A DNA stretch of 64,000 bases from Candidatus Woesearchaeota archaeon (GCA_016180235.1 JACPBQ010000002.1:2206-66205), one strand, 5' to 3'; counted from the stretch's first letter, positions 33,383 through 43,905 are shown. Translations and numbers: made by a program. Notes: a model not told the origin generated them from the sequence alone.

Positions 33383-33889
33383 TTAATACCGAATAAGATA
33401 CTTGCTCTTGTTCAGGTCCATATCTATAAACTCATCCGCTGTTTCCTTCAGCTTTCCGGAGCATGAAGGCCCAAACGCTATAACCTCGACCCTGCACCCC
33501 ATTGCCCTCCTTAGATGCTCAAGCAAAGGCACAAAGTCTCCATCTCCTGAAACCAGAATTATTGTATCCAGCTTGTTTGCCAGCTCTATAGTGTCCATTG
33601 CAATCCCAATATCCCAGTCGCCTTTTTTTGCGCCTCCGGGAAAAGTTTGCAGGTCCTTTGTCTTAACCTCGTAGCCTATAGCCTCAAGCGCGTCATGGAA
33701 GTTTTTTTCCTCCTTTATATCCGCTTTTATTGCATAAGTTATTGCCCTTACGAGCCTCCTTCCCCTTACAGCCATCCTGAGCACCTGCGCAAAGTTGACT
33801 TTAGCGCTATACAGATTCTTTGCAGAATAGTAAAGGTTCTGCACGTCAACAAAAACTCCTACCCTTTGCTCCTTGTTTATCCTCATCAT
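33383..33889 (-). CDS. NYN-domain (LabA/DUF88-like) putative ribonuclease
   Basis: VGVFVDVQNLYYS, DWDIGIAMD, ILVSGDGDFVPL. Confidence 0.8.
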   Translation of the reverse strand: MMRINKEQRVGVFVDVQNLYYSAKNLYSAKVNFAQVLRMAVRGRRLVRAITYAIKADIKEEKNFHDALEAIGYEVKTKDLQTFPGGAKKGDWDIGIAMDTIELANKLDTIILVSGDGDFVPLLEHLRRAMGCRVEVIAFGPSCSGKLKETADEFIDMDLNKSKYLIRY

Positions 33890-33990
33890 TTATGTCTCAC
33901 CCACATTTTCCATCTCCCATCATCAGGGTCCATGGCCATAAAGTTTTGATAATTGTATTTAAATCTATCTGCTGAATGCAAAAAACACTC

Positions 33991-34003
33991 AAATTTTATA
34001 AAC
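33991..34003 (+). promoter_or_regulatory. TATA-like box for polB
   Basis: aaattttataaac centred about 28 nt upstream of the ATG at 34025. This supports the shorter start. Confidence 0.45.
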
Positions 34004-34024
34004 TGGCAAAATACTCCTTTAGTT

Positions 34025-36478
34025 ATGGAAAGGATAAGGTTCTACCCTTTGGATGCGACCTATAAGGTAATCAATGAAAAGCCGGTCATACATCTATTTG
34101 GCAGGACTCAGGATAATAGGCAGATTTGCGTGCTTTATGACAGCTTCGAGCCGTATTTCTATGTGATACCGAAACAAAATGCTGACATAGCGAATGAGAT
34201 GAAGAATTTAAGGCTCATAGCCAATGGCGAGAAGATAGCCATAACAAGAACGGAACCGGTAAAAAAAAGGTATCTTGGGGAAGAGGTAAATGCTGTAAAG
34301 GTTTTTGCAAAGCTTCCAGGCCATGTTCCTGTAATCAGAGACGAGATAAAGAAATGGAACGATGTGAAATCGGTCAATGAGAATGACATCCTTTTTGTAA
34401 GAAGGTTCATGATAGACAGAGGCATTGTTCCTTTGACTCTTTATGAGGCTGAAGGCGATTTTACCGGCATGCAGCTGAAAGTTCCTGCATTCAGGGCAGA
34501 AAAAATAGTTGCTGTGGAAGGCGAGACTTTCGTGAATCCCAGGATGCTTGCTGTTGATATTGAAACTTACACCCCAAGCTACAAGGAGATAGAGCCGGAA
34601 AAAAACCCCATCATAATGGTTGGATTCTATGGGGAAAACTTCAGCAAAGTGGTCGTATGGAAAAGGTTTAAGACTGCTCTTGAGTATGTTGAGCATGTTG
34701 ACAGCGAAGCTGAGCTTATAAAAAAATTTAAAGAGGTGATTGAGGCATATAAGCCCGACATAATAACCGGCTATTTCTCTGATGGGTTTGATTTCCCTTA
34801 CATAAAAACAAGAGCTGACAAATATAAGGTAAAGCTGGACCTTGGCCTTGATTTCTCAGAGCTGAGGATAAAAAAAGGCATGATGGTTGCAGCGCAGATT
34901 ACCGGCATAATCCACCTTGACATATTCAAGTTCATAAGGAAGATAATGGCTGGTACTTTGGATACGGACAGGTACAACCTCAATGCTGTTGCTTCTGAGA
35001 TGCTTGACGAGAAAAAGCACGATGTCAACCTGGACGAGCTATCAAAGGCATGGGACAGTAATGCCGGGAGCATGGATGCTTATTGTAAGTATAATTTAAA
35101 CGATGCTATGCTTTGCTATAAGCTTGCTGACAAGCTCATGCCCACTATCAGCGAGATGGTGAAGATAACGGGGCTTACAATCTATGATGTCAACCGCATG
35201 GGATTTTCGCAGCTTGTAGAATGGTACTTATTAAGGCAGGCTTCCCAGTTTAACCAGATAGCCCCTAACAAGCCAAGCAATGACGAGCTGATGAAAAGAA
35301 GGCTAAGTAGCCTTAAAGGAGCTTTTGTCTTCGAGCCAAAGCCCGGGCTGTACAATAGTATAGTTGTTTTTGACTACCGCAGCCTTTATCCCACGATAAT
35401 AGGCTCCCATAACATAGGAATAGGGACAATGAATTGCGCTTGCTGCAAGGGAGAGGCAAAAAGAGCTCCTTTGGAAAACGAGGATGTGTGGTTCTGTGAG
35501 AAAAGGAAAGGATTCATACCTACGATGATAGAGGAGCTGATAACAAGGAGGATGAGGATAAAGGAGATAATAAAAGACCAGAGCGGGGAAAAGTTTGCGG
35601 TTCTGGATGCGAGGCAGAACAGCCTTAAGCTTCTTGCAAACTCTTTCTACGGCTATCTTGGCTTTTATGCAGCAAGGTGGTATTCATTGGAATGCGCGCA
35701 GGCAACAACCGCCTATGGGAGATACTACATAAAACAGGTGATTGACAAAGCGCAGAAGAATGATTTTAAGGTCATTTACTCCGACACAGACAGCGTCTTT
35801 TTGACTCTTGACGGGAAGAAAGAGCAGGACGCATTAAGGTTTGTCGAGAAGATAAACCAGGAGCTTCCGGGATTGATGGAGCTTGAGTTTGAGGGATACT
35901 ACCCGAGCGGTATTTTTGTGTCTGCAAAGATGGGTGATTTTGGTGCAAAGAAAAGATATGCTTTAATTTCCAGCGACGGGATAGTAAAAATAAAGGGCTT
36001 TGAAAGCGTAAGGAGGAATACTTCCCTTATTGCAAAAGAAACCCAGGAGAAAGTTTTTGAGGTTATACTTAAGGATCATGACAATGACAAGGCTCTGAAA
36101 TACGTAAAGCAGGTTGTTGAGGATCTAAGAGGCAAAAAAGTTCCTCTTGATAAAGTCATAATCCATACGCAATTGCAGAGGGACATTTCCGATTATGATT
36201 CCAAAGGCCCGCATGTGGCGGTTGCCCAGAGGCTCAAGAACAAAGGCATAAATGTCGGTCCGGGATCTGCAATAAGCTTTGTTGTTACCCAGGGCAGCGA
36301 CATAATAAGGAACCGGGCAAAACTTCCAGAGGAAGTAAAGCAAAATGAGTATGACTCAGATTATTATATCCACAACCAGGTGATTCCTGCTGTTGAGAGG
36401 ATATTCAATGTTCTCGGATACAGGAAAGATGAGCTGTTGGAGGCAAAAGAGCAGACTAAGCTGGCTGGTTTCTTTTAA
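34025..36478 (+). CDS. polB: family B DNA polymerase
   Basis: Exo I LAVDIET, motif A DYRSLYPTII, motif B KLLANSFYGYLG, motif C YSDTDSVF. Confidence 0.9.
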   Translation: MERIRFYPLDATYKVINEKPVIHLFGRTQDNRQICVLYDSFEPYFYVIPKQNADIANEMKNLRLIANGEKIAITRTEPVKKRYLGEEVNAVKVFAKLPGHVPVIRDEIKKWNDVKSVNENDILFVRRFMIDRGIVPLTLYEAEGDFTGMQLKVPAFRAEKIVAVEGETFVNPRMLAVDIETYTPSYKEIEPEKNPIIMVGFYGENFSKVVVWKRFKTALEYVEHVDSEAELIKKFKEVIEAYKPDIITGYFSDGFDFPYIKTRADKYKVKLDLGLDFSELRIKKGMMVAAQITGIIHLDIFKFIRKIMAGTLDTDRYNLNAVASEMLDEKKHDVNLDELSKAWDSNAGSMDAYCKYNLNDAMLCYKLADKLMPTISEMVKITGLTIYDVNRMGFSQLVEWYLLRQASQFNQIAPNKPSNDELMKRRLSSLKGAFVFEPKPGLYNSIVVFDYRSLYPTIIGSHNIGIGTMNCACCKGEAKRAPLENEDVWFCEKRKGFIPTMIEELITRRMRIKEIIKDQSGEKFAVLDARQNSLKLLANSFYGYLGFYAARWYSLECAQATTAYGRYYIKQVIDKAQKNDFKVIYSDTDSVFLTLDGKKEQDALRFVEKINQELPGLMELEFEGYYPSGIFVSAKMGDFGAKKRYALISSDGIVKIKGFESVRRNTSLIAKETQEKVFEVILKDHDNDKALKYVKQVVEDLRGKKVPLDKVIIHTQLQRDISDYDSKGPHVAVAQRLKNKGINVGPGSAISFVVTQGSDIIRNRAKLPEEVKQNEYDSDYYIHNQVIPAVERIFNVLGYRKDELLEAKEQTKLAGFF

Positions 36479-36544
36479 TAGTTACTTAATAGTGGTTAAA
36501 CAATAGAAAGATTTAAATATGATAATTTTGCACTTGTGGTTTCT

Positions 36545-37300
36545 ATGCACAAAGGAGCAATTTTGGATTTTGATGGTACTTTATGGGATTCATCTTTCTA
36601 TGAAAAACGAGTAGTTGAAAATGCTGTGAGTGCAATGAGGATGACAGGACTCCCTGCTTTATCGCAAAATGAAGCCGTAAGTAGGTTAATGGAAATAAGA
36701 AGAAAAGACCCCAATGCTCCGGACCATTTTGACCAGTTATGTCATGCATATGCGTTAGGAGAGAAAGAATCAGGAAGAATTGTTAGAACAGGAATTAATA
36801 CTTATCATGCAATAAGAGATGGTTTATTTGTCCCACAGCCAGAAACAGACAGTTTTTTAGACTTTCTTGTAGATGAAGGATTTAAAAGCTGCGTGATTAC
36901 CCGAGGCATAAGACAAAAACAGATAGATAAGCTAAATAGGCTGGGGATTCTTAGATATTTCTCAGCTGATGGAGAGGATGGCAGTTTCGTTTATGTGCTT
37001 GAAAATGCTGCAGACAAAGTAGTAGGCAAAAGAAATCTTGCATTAGAAGCGATAGCTGATTTGGGTCTCGATCCTTCCTTAAGCTTCGTCCTTGATGACA
37101 GGCCTTACGGCATAGTTGCTGCAAAGATGGCTGGGGTAAAATATGGAATAAGAGTCAAACAAGGGAAGTATGCAGATGAAGATTATGGCGAGATTGATGA
37201 GCAGTTTAGGGAAGATGCTGCAGTAAGCAACCTATGGGAAGCTGCCAATGCAGTTAAAAAGTTGATAATTCCTGAAAGAGTTCTTCGGGTTGTTCAATAA
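36545..37300 (+). CDS. HAD-superfamily hydrolase
   Basis: Motif I ILDFDGTLWD, a C-terminal LDDRPYG. TATA-like aagatttaaatatg about 29 nt upstream of the ATG at 36545. Confidence 0.7.
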   Translation: MHKGAILDFDGTLWDSSFYEKRVVENAVSAMRMTGLPALSQNEAVSRLMEIRRKDPNAPDHFDQLCHAYALGEKESGRIVRTGINTYHAIRDGLFVPQPETDSFLDFLVDEGFKSCVITRGIRQKQIDKLNRLGILRYFSADGEDGSFVYVLENAADKVVGKRNLALEAIADLGLDPSLSFVLDDRPYGIVAAKMAGVKYGIRVKQGKYADEDYGEIDEQFREDAAVSNLWEAANAVKKLIIPERVLRVVQ

Positions 37301-37354
37301 AAACATTTAAATACCCTTAATCTTATTTTATAATTCTATATATTATTTTATAAG

Positions 37355-37507
37355 ATGGAAGAGAGATTCCTGAGGATGATAAGGAAGACCGGAACAAGCC
37401 TTGGTATAAACATACCCACGGAAATAATCAAGCTTCTAAGATTAAAGGAGGATGACATGGTAAGGATTACCATAGAAAAAGTAAAAAAAGGTGCTGGGAA
37501 GACTTAG
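37355..37507 (+). CDS. AbrB/MazE/SpoVT-family small DNA-binding protein (50 aa)
   Basis: Below the track cutoff. MEERFLRMIRKTGTSLGINIPTEIIKLLRLKEDDMVRITIEKVKKGAGKT has the swapped-hairpin pattern (G.S..i.iP.ei...l.l..gd.v.i). Confidence 0.6.
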   Translation: MEERFLRMIRKTGTSLGINIPTEIIKLLRLKEDDMVRITIEKVKKGAGKT

Positions 37508-37552
37508 TTCTTCCGGCACCTCTTAAAAATTTATAAAATAAATTTTTAAAAG

Positions 37553-38083
37553 GTGGTAAGGATTAACCTGGATGAGATAAAGGACAGCCTGGAAGAATTG
37601 CATGCCCATAATATCGTATTTGAAGGGCTGGAACACGGGCTGTATGAGGAAAGCCTGATTGATAATTATGACTATGCAAGGCTGGGGTCTGTCATCTCTG
37701 AAATAAAGGGGAAAAAGGGCATTGCAAATAAGCTGAAAAGCATGAGCCATAATGTTGATTTGTTGAATGGCATTGTGCTAGAAAAAAGCCATATCAAGCA
37801 TCAGAGTTTCGTGACGAGAATAATTGAGAATAACCTGAACTGCATGAACTCCGTGATTGAAGACTTGATCCTGTTAAAAGGGAATTTAGACGAGCTTGAA
37901 TATTTGAATGGAAGTTTATTGAGCAGCAGACTGCCATTGGATATAAAAATACTGCTAGAGCAGAACTTTGAAAGAAAACATAAAAAAATGAGTGAGATTT
38001 ATGCAAAGCAAAAGAATTTAATGGTAAATTTAAGCCGCATATTCATCAAGCTTGCCAAAAAATCCGTATTTAGCAGGAGATAA
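37553..38083 (+). CDS. hypothetical helical protein (176 aa, GTG start)
   Basis: ORF starts 46 nt after the AbrB-like gene. No motif recognised. Confidence 0.45.
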   Translation: MVRINLDEIKDSLEELHAHNIVFEGLEHGLYEESLIDNYDYARLGSVISEIKGKKGIANKLKSMSHNVDLLNGIVLEKSHIKHQSFVTRIIENNLNCMNSVIEDLILLKGNLDELEYLNGSLLSSRLPLDIKILLEQNFERKHKKMSEIYAKQKNLMVNLSRIFIKLAKKSVFSRR

Positions 38084-38137
38084 ACATTTAAAAAAGGCCA
38101 ATATTCTCTATCAAAATAAAAAAATCGTAAACTGCGT

Positions 38138-38186
38138 TTCGGGATATCGTAGATATCCCTAGACGCTGTTTTACGGGCACGTAAAA
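38138..38186 (+). promoter_or_regulatory. two-hairpin structured motif, copy 2 of 3 (abuts ileS ATG)
   Basis: GGGATATC-gta-GATATCCC, linker TAGACGCTG, TTTTACG-ggca-CGTAAAA, immediately followed by the ATG at 38187. Confidence 0.7.
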
Positions 38187-41100
38187 ATGGAAAAATATGA
38201 TCCTCTGAATCAGGAACCGGAAATATTGAAGTTCTGGAAAGACAATAAGCTGCATGAAAAAGCCAATCAGAAGAATGCAAAAGGCAAAAAGTTCTATTTC
38301 TGCGACGGGCCCCCATACACTTCCGGCAAGGTGCATCTTGGCACTGCATGGAACAAATCCCTGAAAGATTCCATTATCCGCTATAAGAGAATGCAGGGAT
38401 TTAACGTCCTGGACAGGGCAGGATACGACATGCATGGCCTGCCGACAGAGAATGCAGCAGAAAAAGAGCTCAAGATAAAAAACAAAGATGAAATCATGAA
38501 ATTTGGGGTTGACAAGTTCACAAAAGCCTGCAAGGACTTAAGCATAAGTAACCTTAAGATAATGAACCAGGACTTCATGCGCTTGGGCGTGTGGATGGAT
38601 TTTGAAAATGCATACCAGTCCGTGAGCAAAGAGTACATTGATGGCGAGTGGTGGCTTGTAAGGAAGGCGCACGATGCCAAAAGGCTTTATGAAGGCCTAA
38701 GGAGCATGGCATGGGACTGGAAAGACCAGACAGCCTTGGCAAAGCATGAGCTGGAATATAAGGATGTGAAAGACAAGTCAATTTTTGTAAAGATGCAGGT
38801 AAAAGGCAAAGAAAATGAGTTCCTGATAATCTGGACAACTACGCCATGGACAATAGCATTTAATCTGGGGATTATGGCTCATCCTGATTTTGAGTATGTA
38901 AAATGCAGAGTTGGAAGGGAATTCTGGATTGTCGCAAAGTCCCTTGCCTCTGTTTTCATTTCCGGAGTCGCTGGAAAAAAATTTGAGATAGTGGAGGAAT
39001 TCAGGGGCAGGGAGCTTGAAGGCATTGAATACGTTCATCCTTTTTTTAATGAGCTGAAGGAGCATTATGAAAGATTGAAGTCAAAGCACCCAAAAGTGCA
39101 TGCGGTTGTTTTAAGCGAGGAATATGTTGATACCAGCTCTGGCACAGGCTTGGTGCATATGGCCCCTGGCTGCGGTCCGGAAGATTATGAAGTTGGCCAC
39201 AGGAACAATATCCCGCCCTGGAATCTTGTCGAGGAAGATGGTGTTTATGGAAAAGCTATGGGAAAGTTTGCAGGAAGGCACGCAATAAAGGACAATTATT
39301 CTTTTGTAGAGGATTTGAAGGGAAAAAATGCAGTTGTGGGGGAAACAGAAGTTGAGCACTCCTATCCTCATGGCCAGAGGAGCCACCAGCCCGTCATATT
39401 CAGGACGACAAAGCAGTGGTTCTTTAAGGTCGAAGATATCAAGCAGGATATGATAAGGGAGAATAACGAGATAAAATGGGTTCCGACAGCAGGGTATAAT
39501 GCATTTAATTCCTGGCTGGAAAACTTAAGGGACAATTCAATTTCAAAGCAAAGGTATTGGGGCACTCCTGTTCCCATCTGGAGGAATATTGAGGATGAGG
39601 ATGATTATATTGTTATCGGCTCTATCCAAGAGCTGGAAGAATTATCGGGAAAAAAAGTCGATGAGCCGCATATACCCTGGATAGACAAGATTCTGATAGA
39701 AAAAAAAGGCAGGAAATACAAAAGGGTCCCGGATATCCTGGATGTTTGGGTAGATGCAGGCACAGCCTCATGGAATTCATTGAATTTCCCGCAAAACAAA
39801 GAAAACATGAAAAGGTATTTTCCCGCTGACTTCATTCTTGAGGGCAAGGACCAGATACGCGGATGGTTTAACCTGCTGCACGTCGCTTCAATGATTGCTT
39901 TAGGCAAAAAAAGCTTTGATGCTGCCTACATGCACGGTTTCATCAATGATGCGATGGGCAGGAAGATGTCCAAGAGCCTTGGAAATTATATTCTGCCTGA
40001 AGAAGTCATAGCAAAATACGGCGCTGACACCCTGAGGTATTACATGATTACCGGGGCAAATGCCGGGCTGGACCTGAACTATAATTTTGATGACATGAAG
40101 GTGAAGTACAGGAACCTTACAGTTTTGTGGAATATCCATAATTACATCATTGATTTGGCGAGGAACTCCGGCTTAAACCCAAAGGAAATTAAAATCAAAG
40201 CCGATGATATATCCATCGAGGAAAAATACATATTTTCAAAGCTCAACTCTGCAATAAGGAAAACAACAAAGCTGTATGACGGGTACAAGCTAAATGAGGC
40301 CCCTTTAATTGCTGAAGAATTGTTTTTGGCATTGAGCAGAATATATATCCAGATTACAAGGGAAAAATCAACGGACGAAAAAGCAAGGCAGGCAGTGTTA
40401 TATGCCATATACTATGTTTTTATGGGAATTTTGAAGCTGTTTGCCCCTGCCTCCCCTTTCATAACAGAAGCAATGTACCAGAATCTGAAGAAGGAATTTT
40501 CCCTGGAAGAGGAAAGCGTGCATCTTCTTGGCTGGCCGAAATGCATTGAGAAACTGATTAACAAAGGGTTAGAAGATGAGATGGACTCAATAAGCGAGGT
40601 TACCCAGTCGATATTGTCATTAAGGGAAAAGATAAGCATGGGCCAAAGATGGCCATTGCAGGAAGCCATTGTAGTTACAAAAGATGAGAAGACAATAAAA
40701 GCCGTTGAAAAGCTGAAAAGCATAATAAAAAGGCAGACCAATATAAAAGAGATAGAAATACAGCAGTCATTGCCAGGAATTAAAACAACAATAAAAGCGG
40801 ATTATTCGCAGCTGGGCCCGGATTTCGGAAAGAAGGCCCCGGAGATAATTGCAAAATTGATGGCAGAAAGCCCGGAAACTATCCTTAAGCATATAGAAAA
40901 AGACGGCAAATTCCCGTTAAAGATAGGCAAAGAAACTGTCAATATAGTCAAAGAGCATTTAATCGTGACAAGGAAAGTCCCTGAGCCGTATGTCGAAGGC
41001 TCGTTTAAATCCGGATTTGTTTATTTAAACAAGGACGTTGATGATGAGCTGGAAGCTGAGGGATTTGCCCGCGAACTTATGCGCCGCGTCCAGGCCCTGA

Positions 41101-41321
41101 GGAAGGAAGCCGGGCTGCAAAAGAAAGATAGGATAACACTGTTTGTAAAAACCGATGCCGAGCTTTCAAAGACACTTAATATCTTCCATGAAACAATCAA
41201 GGAGAAAGTTGGCGCAGAGCACATGACCATATCTGATTTAAATCCAAACAAAAAGCACAAATTCACTAGCAAAGAAAAGGTCAGGGACAGGAAGTTTGAA
41301 TTGTTCTTGGAGAAGGTTTAA
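38187..41321 (+). CDS. ileS: isoleucyl-tRNA synthetase
   Basis: PPYTSGKVHLGTAWNK (HIGH region), KMSKSLGN. 1044 aa with archaeal-type architecture. Confidence 0.95.
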   Translation: MEKYDPLNQEPEILKFWKDNKLHEKANQKNAKGKKFYFCDGPPYTSGKVHLGTAWNKSLKDSIIRYKRMQGFNVLDRAGYDMHGLPTENAAEKELKIKNKDEIMKFGVDKFTKACKDLSISNLKIMNQDFMRLGVWMDFENAYQSVSKEYIDGEWWLVRKAHDAKRLYEGLRSMAWDWKDQTALAKHELEYKDVKDKSIFVKMQVKGKENEFLIIWTTTPWTIAFNLGIMAHPDFEYVKCRVGREFWIVAKSLASVFISGVAGKKFEIVEEFRGRELEGIEYVHPFFNELKEHYERLKSKHPKVHAVVLSEEYVDTSSGTGLVHMAPGCGPEDYEVGHRNNIPPWNLVEEDGVYGKAMGKFAGRHAIKDNYSFVEDLKGKNAVVGETEVEHSYPHGQRSHQPVIFRTTKQWFFKVEDIKQDMIRENNEIKWVPTAGYNAFNSWLENLRDNSISKQRYWGTPVPIWRNIEDEDDYIVIGSIQELEELSGKKVDEPHIPWIDKILIEKKGRKYKRVPDILDVWVDAGTASWNSLNFPQNKENMKRYFPADFILEGKDQIRGWFNLLHVASMIALGKKSFDAAYMHGFINDAMGRKMSKSLGNYILPEEVIAKYGADTLRYYMITGANAGLDLNYNFDDMKVKYRNLTVLWNIHNYIIDLARNSGLNPKEIKIKADDISIEEKYIFSKLNSAIRKTTKLYDGYKLNEAPLIAEELFLALSRIYIQITREKSTDEKARQAVLYAIYYVFMGILKLFAPASPFITEAMYQNLKKEFSLEEESVHLLGWPKCIEKLINKGLEDEMDSISEVTQSILSLREKISMGQRWPLQEAIVVTKDEKTIKAVEKLKSIIKRQTNIKEIEIQQSLPGIKTTIKADYSQLGPDFGKKAPEIIAKLMAESPETILKHIEKDGKFPLKIGKETVNIVKEHLIVTRKVPEPYVEGSFKSGFVYLNKDVDDELEAEGFARELMRRVQALRKEAGLQKKDRITLFVKTDAELSKTLNIFHETIKEKVGAEHMTISDLNPNKKHKFTSKEKVRDRKFELFLEKV

Positions 41322-41361
41322 TCAAAACCTATAAATACTACTAAATTCTTAAAATGTTTAG

Positions 41362-41817
41362 ATGCCAAAAACAATCTCAAGAGAAATTCCATTAGCTGAA
41401 ATAACCTTAAGAAGGTATGAGAAGCCCTCTAAAGTTTCTGAAAGGGAACTGGTAAGGAAGCTATGCCTGTCAATTGGCCTTTTGCAGCCTGGAGACAGTA
41501 GAGACATAATTGTTGACATTCTTCATGTTCTAATCAAAGCAAAAAAACAGAAAAAAGAGCTGTCAAGCGATGAAATAGAAAAAGAAGTCATTGAAGCAAG
41601 AAAAAAACAGAAGCTGGCTTTGCACGGCATTGCTTCCTCAAACATAAGAAGGCAGTTAAAGAGATTAAGGGATTTATTCATAGTTGAGAAAGTAAAGAAT
41701 AATTACAGGATTAATGAGTTTGATGAGCTCGGAAATATTTTCAATGAGAAAATAAGCAAATTCTATATCAGCTCTATTGTTGACAGGGTGAAGGATTATT
41801 TTGAGGCTTTTAAGTAA
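41362..41817 (+). CDS. putative winged-helix DNA-binding protein
   Basis: 151 aa. A helical core (RDIIVDILHVLIKA..) followed by IRRQLKRLRDLFIVEKVKNNYRINEF resembles a wHTH wing. TATA-like cctataaatact 28 nt upstream. Confidence 0.4.
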   Translation: MPKTISREIPLAEITLRRYEKPSKVSERELVRKLCLSIGLLQPGDSRDIIVDILHVLIKAKKQKKELSSDEIEKEVIEARKKQKLALHGIASSNIRRQLKRLRDLFIVEKVKNNYRINEFDELGNIFNEKISKFYISSIVDRVKDYFEAFK

Positions 41818-42244
41818 GGCTTATTTTTCTTTCCCCAAGGCTCGCAGGATGAGGAACATAAAATTCAACCCAGGGATAATCCTCTTTAAACCTAAAAAAA
41901 TCTCTCTTTAGGTATATAGAATCCGTTTTTTCCCCGCTGTTGACATCGGGAGACAGCCTAACTATGCCTACAGCATCAGAAAACCAGCCGGCCATATACC
42001 TAAATTTGATATTGGCTTGGTCATATGCAGAAAGTATTATTTCTTTGCCCCTGCTATACCCGTAAGGAAGTGCCTGTTGTCCGAGTTTATATCCTTTTTT
42101 TGCCCTTTTTTTCACTTCACTAAAGACACTATCTGCAATATTAGGATCCGACAAACGTTCCCTAATACCGGGTAAATCTATTCTACCGGCCAATAAATTA
42201 TCTATTGTAGGCTGATTTTCAGCCTCGCTAGCAGTAGGGACCAT
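41810..42244 (-). CDS. hypothetical protein (144 aa)
   Basis: Convergent ORF overlapping the neighbouring gene's 3' end by 8 nt. No motif recognised. Confidence 0.4.
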   Translation of the reverse strand: MVPTASEAENQPTIDNLLAGRIDLPGIRERLSDPNIADSVFSEVKKRAKKGYKLGQQALPYGYSRGKEIILSAYDQANIKFRYMAGWFSDAVGIVRLSPDVNSGEKTDSIYLKRDFFRFKEDYPWVEFYVPHPASLGERKISLT

Positions 42245-42395
42245 TCTTAAAAGTGATTAATCATCTGTATAAAAAATAAGCGAAAATTATAGGCTATAAT
42301 TATAATTCATTAGTAGCGAATATACCGAAAAACTTATAAACCAAAACCTATTCCTTTATATATTAGGCCTTGCCTAGTGCTAAACTATTTTCTAA

Positions 42396-43391
<996 letters not shown>

Positions 43392-43397
43392 CACCTA

Positions 43398-43449
43398 GTT
43401 TCGGGATGCCGCAGGCATCCCCAGACGCTAGTGTGCAGGCATGCACAAA
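43398..43449 (+). promoter_or_regulatory. two-hairpin structured motif, copy 3 of 3 (pyrB-pyrI spacer, abuts pyrI ATG)
   Basis: GGGATGCC-gca-GGCATCCC, linker CAGACGCTAG, TGTGCA-ggca-TGCACA, then aa and the ATG at 43450. Confidence 0.7.
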
Positions 43450-43902
43450 ATGAAAAAGGAAGTAAGCATATCGGCAATAAAGGAAGGGACTGTTATAGAC
43501 CATATTCCAAGCAATGTGACATTAAAGGTAGCTGAAATACTCAATCTTGATGATGTTGCAGGAATAATATCAATAGCCACTAACCTTCCAAGCAAGAAAA
43601 TGGCCAAGAAAGGCATAGTGAAAATAGGAGACAAGCTATTAACGCAGGATGAAGTCAATAAAATAGCAGTCATAGCCCCTGATGCCACGGTTAATATAAT
43701 AGAAAATTATAATGTAAAAAGAAAACTAAAAGTTTTATTGCCAGATATAATAGAAAAAATAGTCAAGTGCTCAAATCCAAACTGCATAACAAACAATGAA
43801 AAGGCAGAAACAAGGTTTTATGTTCTCAATAAGACTCCTTTGAAATTAAAGTGCCATTATTGCGAAAGGGCAATGAATAAGGAAGATATAGTGCTTTTGT
43901 AA
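43450..43902 (+). CDS. pyrI: aspartate carbamoyltransferase regulatory subunit
   Basis: MKKEVSISAIKEGTVIDHIP plus the zinc domain CSNPNCIT..CHYCE. The in-frame ATG at 43441 lies inside hairpin 2 of the motif. Confidence 0.9.
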   Translation: MKKEVSISAIKEGTVIDHIPSNVTLKVAEILNLDDVAGIISIATNLPSKKMAKKGIVKIGDKLLTQDEVNKIAVIAPDATVNIIENYNVKRKLKVLLPDIIEKIVKCSNPNCITNNEKAETRFYVLNKTPLKLKCHYCERAMNKEDIVLL

Positions 43903-43905
43903 AAA

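Noticed and set aside
33953-34024. 24-codon N-terminal extension of polB.
   Set aside because: A TATA-like box (33991-34003) lies inside it. The ATG at 34025 gives MERIRFYPLDATY.., a normal PolB N-terminus.
37455-37580. 13-14-nt identity GGTAAGGATTA(C/A)C shared between the AbrB-like gene's 3' part (..MVRITIEK) and the start of the next ORF (MVRINLDE).
   Set aside because: It is short and isolated, and the similarity does not extend. I treated it as coincidence or a minor recombination scar.
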